Source of the DNA: Candidatus Levyibacteriota bacterium
GTDB lineage: Bacteria; Patescibacteriota; Microgenomatia; Levybacterales; UBA12049
Length of the DNA stretch: 64,000 bases
NCBI GenBank assembly: GCA_963790825.1
Contig: CAWBPM010000004.1
Span: 94,987 to 158,986, forward strand
Reading direction: 5' to 3'
Below are positions 59,938-64,000 of this stretch, piece by piece; positions within the stretch are counted from its first letter, which is position 1, and every line of letters begins with the position of its first letter. The notes below the pieces were generated by a model. The model saw only the letters and a program-made list of their open reading frames with translations, made no database searches and was not told the DNA's origin. A program made the translations under genes and the position numbers.

Positions 59938-59975
59938 ACCATTATCATAGCAAATAGATGAGCTTGATTACAGGC

Positions 59976-60512
59976 TTAATTATGCCCTAAGTATTCTTTT
60001 AGTAATTCTACAGCAATGCCGCGCATGCTGATTTTATTTTTCTCTACCTTACTCATTTGTCCAAAAGTTTTCTTGGACCCAACTGGTTGAAAAACAGAAT
60101 TAAAGCCAAACGTACTTTCTCCTTTGGGCGAGACGATATTTCCCCTAACCGTTCCTTCAAAAAAATGCATATCATCTTTATTTTTTGCGAAGCCAATAAT
60201 TGTACTACATACAGCCTTGGAGTTTCCCAGTTTGGTCACTAAATTATATAAGCCATCAAATCCCAATTTTTCCTCAAACCATTTTCCCAAAGGACCCGGA
60301 AGTCCATTAAGACAATCAAGATATAAGCTGGTATCCTCGACTATAAAGGGGCCGGGATGATATTTAAGTGCTTCCTGAAGTTTATGTCTGATGATTTTAT
60401 GCGGATCCAATTCTTGAATTTCCGTCAGGCTGATAGTTGATTGTCTAAGGCCCGGAAGCAGTTTTTTAACCTCGGCGAATTTATATTTATTACTTGTGAT
60501 AAAAGTAAGCAT
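59976..60512 (-). CDS. rdgB: Non-canonical purine NTP pyrophosphatase (Ham1/RdgB family)
   Basis: TSNKYKF.E, EDTSL...LNGLPGP, FG...F.P, KN.ISMR. Confidence 0.88.
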   Translation of the reverse strand: MLTFITSNKYKFAEVKKLLPGLRQSTISLTEIQELDPHKIIRHKLQEALKYHPGPFIVEDTSLYLDCLNGLPGPLGKWFEEKLGFDGLYNLVTKLGNSKAVCSTIIGFAKNKDDMHFFEGTVRGNIVSPKGESTFGFNSVFQPVGSKKTFGQMSKVEKNKISMRGIAVELLKEYLGHN

Positions 60513-60519
60513 AGAATAG

Positions 60520-61278
60520 TTAACTATTCAAGTTGAGAATAAATTTTTCAATGATATCCGCAACACCATCCTCGTCGACGCTTGGGGCGACATAATCAGC
60601 AATCGCCTTAAGCTCCTGCACGGCATTTCCCATTGCTATTTTTAGTCCACAGGCCATAAGTAAGGGAAAATCATTATCGCCGTCTCCCACACCGATAATC
60701 TCATATGTTTCAATACCTAAAATTTTAGCCACTTCAAAAATTGCCTGCTGCTTGGTTGCTAAACTATTAGAAATTGTGATCCACACTTTACCGTTTTCAT
60801 ACCCGGGAATTTTATAAGCAATAATGGTTGGAATATGGGAAAAAGCAAAAATCAGCTGGTCTGCAACTTCGGGAGACAGTTCTTTGCAAAAGACCTGGGT
60901 TAACTTATTTGGTATATAATCGGTGGCATAAAGCTGGTAAAGACCTGTTGTCTCTTGGATGAAAAATGGCTGTTTCTGTGTTTGCAATATAGTTCTGATT
61001 TCTGCAAAATCCGAATCGGAAATTAAATGTTCCGAGAGAATCCGGTGATGCGTCAAGTCGATAATTTGAGCTCCGCTATTTAAAATTGATGGGCCTGAAA
61101 GGGAAAGCCGTTTAATAATTGCAGAGGACGTATAGTATGATCTGGAAGTAGCGATACCCACATGAAGTAATTTGCTGGCTTTTTTGATTGCTTCTACGAC
61201 TTTTTCAGAAGGCAGACCGTCGGGCGTATTGGGAATCGTTGTTCCGTCCAGATCCAGCATGAGGGCTTTATACTTCAC
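60520..61278 (-). CDS. Cof-type HAD hydrolase (subfamily IIB)
   Basis: DLDGT, ATSR, K, GDGDND, AMGNA. Confidence 0.9.
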   Translation of the reverse strand: MKYKALMLDLDGTTIPNTPDGLPSEKVVEAIKKASKLLHVGIATSRSYYTSSAIIKRLSLSGPSILNSGAQIIDLTHHRILSEHLISDSDFAEIRTILQTQKQPFFIQETTGLYQLYATDYIPNKLTQVFCKELSPEVADQLIFAFSHIPTIIAYKIPGYENGKVWITISNSLATKQQAIFEVAKILGIETYEIIGVGDGDNDFPLLMACGLKIAMGNAVQELKAIADYVAPSVDEDGVADIIEKFILNLNS

Positions 61279-61414
61279 GCAGTTTATTCTAACTGGGGAT
61301 TATAGGAAAAGCAAGGCTTCTTCTATACTTGCCGCTCTGCCCCGCTAAGTAGGGACGGGGCTAGCATTATACTTATTGTATTTTATTTACAGAGGGGTAT
61401 ACAATACTTTCACT

Positions 61415-63193
61415 ATGGACCAGGTCTCACAAATCCGCGAAAAAATTGATATTGTTTCTTTTATCGGTGAGTTCATTTCTCTCAAGCGCGGCGGGAAAAA
61501 TTTTAAAGCTAATTGTCCCTTTCATGGAGAAAAAACACCATCATTTATGGTTTCACCCGAGAGGCAAATCTGGCACTGCTTCGGTTGCGGAAAAGGAGGA
61601 GACGTTTACTCTTTTCTTATGGAGTATGAGCATTGTGATTTTCCTGAGGCACTACGTCTCCTTGCGAAGCGCACCGGTATTACCCTAACACAGTTTGGTC
61701 GAGACTTAGGTCAAAGTTCAAAAAAAGAACAGATGTATCAACTTAATGCTATAGCATTAGAGTTCTACCACTTTGTTTTAACCAAGCACCCCGCAGGGAA
61801 AAAGGCATTAATGTATCTTGAAAACCGAGGAGTGAACCCAAAAGTAATCGAAACATTTCAGCTGGGATTCGCGCCCGTGCAAAAAAATAGCTTGACGAGG
61901 TTTTTACTTGGTAAAAAAAATTACACAAAAGAAGATCTCTTTGAAGCAGGGCTTGCTACTTATCGTGACGGGGGAATGTTTGACTTTTTTCGGGGCAGGC
62001 TTATCTTTCCCTTGATGGATCACAGGGATAATGTCGTCGGATTCTCGGGCAGGATTTTAGATGATGCGTCTCCTTTCGCCGGGCCAAAATATATTAATAC
62101 TAAAGAAACTCTGATCTACCACAAAGGGGAACTTTTCTATGGTCTGCATATTACCAAAGAGGCAATAAGACGGGAAAAGCAGGCAATTCTCCTTGAGGGA
62201 GAATTTGACGTTCTTTCTTGTTTCCAGGAAGGGGTAAGTAATGTAGTGGCGGTGAAAGGGACAGCCTTGACAGATTTTCAGGTGCAGCTTCTATCCCGCT
62301 ATGTACCTAAAGTTACTGTTTGTTTTGACGGTGATCGGGCAGGGCAAGAAGCGATTAAAAGAAGCCTGCCATTAATAGAGAAACGGGGACTCGCAACAAC
62401 GGTTATTGTTATTCCAAACGGTAAAGATCCTGATGAGGCACTAAAAAAAGACCCAATCAGTTTCAAAAAAGCAGTTGCAGAAGACAGTAATGTTTACGAG
62501 TATCTTTTTTTCGAGGCGCTTGCCAACTCTGACAGAAAAACAGCCGAAGGAAAGCAAAAAATCGCAGATGCACTTCTCCCGACAATCGCTGATATTGAGA
62601 ACGCGATAGTCAGAGAGCATTACTTAAAGAAAATAAGTACGGAGCTTGATACCACATACGAAAGTATTTTAAAAGAAATACAGCGAATACAAAAAAAAGA
62701 ACTGAAAGGAGTACCGGTCAAAGCCAATCAAGAAGTAAAAAAATCACGCGAAGAAAATCTGGAGGAATATTTACTCTCACTTATATTGCAAAGCGAAGAG
62801 CCGAAAGCTGCTACCCAAAAAGCAGCTCTAGTACTCACAGATGTTATGCCCAAAGAACGTGCGCAGCAAAAAATATTTTATCACCTACTTTCCTTTAGCG
62901 AAAAGACCGGTGCAATTACCACCCGGCAGCTTGGAGTAGATCTTAAAGCAGAGCTGTTGGAAAGCTTCAATCGCGCTTTTCTATTTCCGCTGCTTCCTTT
63001 TCCCAACAAAGAAGCAGAACTAATAGAAATCAGTAAAGTAGCCACTAAACTTTGTGAACTATACCTGCATGCGAAGATAAAGGCGCTTGGGATACAAATA
63101 AAAGAGAAAGAAACAAGCGGAATAAATAGTGAAGTAGGAAAACTAAAAGAGAATATTTCTGAATTAACAGCAAAATTACAAGCCTTAGAATAG
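61415..63193 (+). CDS. dnaG: DNA primase
   Basis: CPFHGEKTPSF, WHCFGC.KGGD, FRGRLIFP, KYINT.ET, EGEFDV, FDGD.AG, KDPDE. Confidence 0.97.
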   Translation: MDQVSQIREKIDIVSFIGEFISLKRGGKNFKANCPFHGEKTPSFMVSPERQIWHCFGCGKGGDVYSFLMEYEHCDFPEALRLLAKRTGITLTQFGRDLGQSSKKEQMYQLNAIALEFYHFVLTKHPAGKKALMYLENRGVNPKVIETFQLGFAPVQKNSLTRFLLGKKNYTKEDLFEAGLATYRDGGMFDFFRGRLIFPLMDHRDNVVGFSGRILDDASPFAGPKYINTKETLIYHKGELFYGLHITKEAIRREKQAILLEGEFDVLSCFQEGVSNVVAVKGTALTDFQVQLLSRYVPKVTVCFDGDRAGQEAIKRSLPLIEKRGLATTVIVIPNGKDPDEALKKDPISFKKAVAEDSNVYEYLFFEALANSDRKTAEGKQKIADALLPTIADIENAIVREHYLKKISTELDTTYESILKEIQRIQKKELKGVPVKANQEVKKSREENLEEYLLSLILQSEEPKAATQKAALVLTDVMPKERAQQKIFYHLLSFSEKTGAITTRQLGVDLKAELLESFNRAFLFPLLPFPNKEAELIEISKVATKLCELYLHAKIKALGIQIKEKETSGINSEVGKLKENISELTAKLQALE

Positions 63194-63267
63194 TAGCGCT
63201 TGCGTTTTGTTCTGGACTTCGCTACAATGGGTAAATTCCCCGGGAGGCGGTAGGGTTTTTCTGTAGT

Positions 63268-64000
63268 ATGACAAAGCAAAAGTTACCACCAATTTTAACT
63301 GACATTGTTACATCTGCGAAAAAACGTGGTTATATCACCCAAGACGAGATTTTAGGCATTTATTCACGCCCTGAAGAACATATTTTAGAACTGGACGGGC
63401 TGTATGACAAGCTTATGCAGTCGAATATTGACGTGTTTGAAAGCGTTGCCCGGGAAAGTGATGATCAGAAGCCGATTGAAGACCTGGAAAAAGAGCTCGA
63501 AGCATTGACAGTTCTGGCAGAGGGGACAGTTTCTGATCCGGTTCGCATGTATCTTAAAGAAATCGGTAGAATCCCACTTCTTAATTTCAATCAAGAAATC
63601 GAGCTGGCCAAGCGAGTTGAGAAAGGAGACAAGAAAGCAAAAGAAATCTTAGTAAATTCAAATTTGCGTCTCGTCGTTTCAATTGCGAAAAAATATATTG
63701 GCCGGGGATTATCTCTTCTGGATTTAATCCAGGAAGGCAATCAGGGATTAATTCGCGCAGTAGAAAAATACGACTGGCGCCGTGGATATAAATTTTCTAC
63801 ATATGCGACATGGTGGATTCGCCAATCAGTTACCCGTGCGATTGCCGATCAGGCCAGAACAATTAGAATTCCAGTGCATATGGTTGAAAATATCAATAGG
63901 TTTTTACGGACATCACGAAAATTAATGCAAGAACTCGGACGTGAGCCGACACCCGAGGAAGTAGCCAAGGCACTTGGGATCGAGCCTGATAAGGCTCTTG
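63268..64000 (+). CDS. rpoD: RNA polymerase sigma factor RpoD (partial, runs off the right edge)
   Basis: Manual translation: MTKQKLPP...[16 protein letters not shown]...[12 protein letters not shown]...[10 protein letters not shown]...[12 protein letters not shown]; follows dnaG. Confidence 0.96.
   Translation, partial: MTKQKLPPILTDIVTSAKKRGYITQDEILGIYSRPEEHILELDGLYDKLMQSNIDVFESVARESDDQKPIEDLEKELEALTVLAEGTVSDPVRMYLKEIGRIPLLNFNQEIELAKRVEKGDKKAKEILVNSNLRLVVSIAKKYIGRGLSLLDLIQEGNQGLIRAVEKYDWRRGYKFSTYATWWIRQSVTRAIADQARTIRIPVHMVENINRFLRTSRKLMQELGREPTPEEVAKALGIEPDKAL

Noticed and set aside
61335-61365. GC-rich hairpin (GCCCCG..CGGGGC) between the HAD gene and dnaG
   Set aside because: Single short copy; cannot tell a REP-like scar from chance.
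1-64000. Alternative genetic code (UGA=Gly as in Gracilibacteria/Absconditabacteria)
   Set aside because: Conserved genes are full length under code 11, and several (pgk, valS, virB4, GIY-YIG) end properly at TGA.

Overview
Chromosomal segment spanning the replication origin of a small-genome bacterium. Gene content and arrangement point to the Candidate Phyla Radiation/Patescibacteria, probably Microgenomates (inference); standard code 11, with TGA as stop. From left to right: (1) a large type IV pilin-like protein running off the left edge, and comF; (2) a 6-kb tRNA neighbourhood with five tRNA-Ser (GCT, ACT, GGA, CGA, TGA), two tRNA-Arg (CCG, GCG), a GIY-YIG nuclease, murF and a NUDIX gene; (3) an AT-rich glycosylation island (GT-C-like, GT2, DUF2304, two GT4, perosamine-type acetyl- and aminotransferase); (4) a ~22-kb T4SS-like cluster (VirB6-like protein, five VirB2/TrbC-like pilins interleaved with GT-C glycosyltransferases, PrgI, VirB4, lysozyme-like and CHAP hydrolases) with a 1450-aa orphan and an NTPase-wHTH regulator; (5) dnaN-oriC-dnaA / rpmH-rnpA-yidD-yidC-jag; (6) housekeeping genes (pgk, fba, valS, rplY, ruvCAB, comM, rdgB, dnaG, rpoD). 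Most unusual observations: a 78-nt covarying double-hairpin (REPIN-like) element attached to the 3' end of two tRNA-Ser genes, one copy carrying a GIY-YIG nuclease; a rare A34 tRNA-Ser(ACT) alongside tRNA-Arg(GCG); duplicated tRNA ends around tRNA-Ser(TGA); and an 11-bp-phased TCCCGA triple repeat on both sides of valS. All assignments come from reading motifs by eye; no database searches were run.
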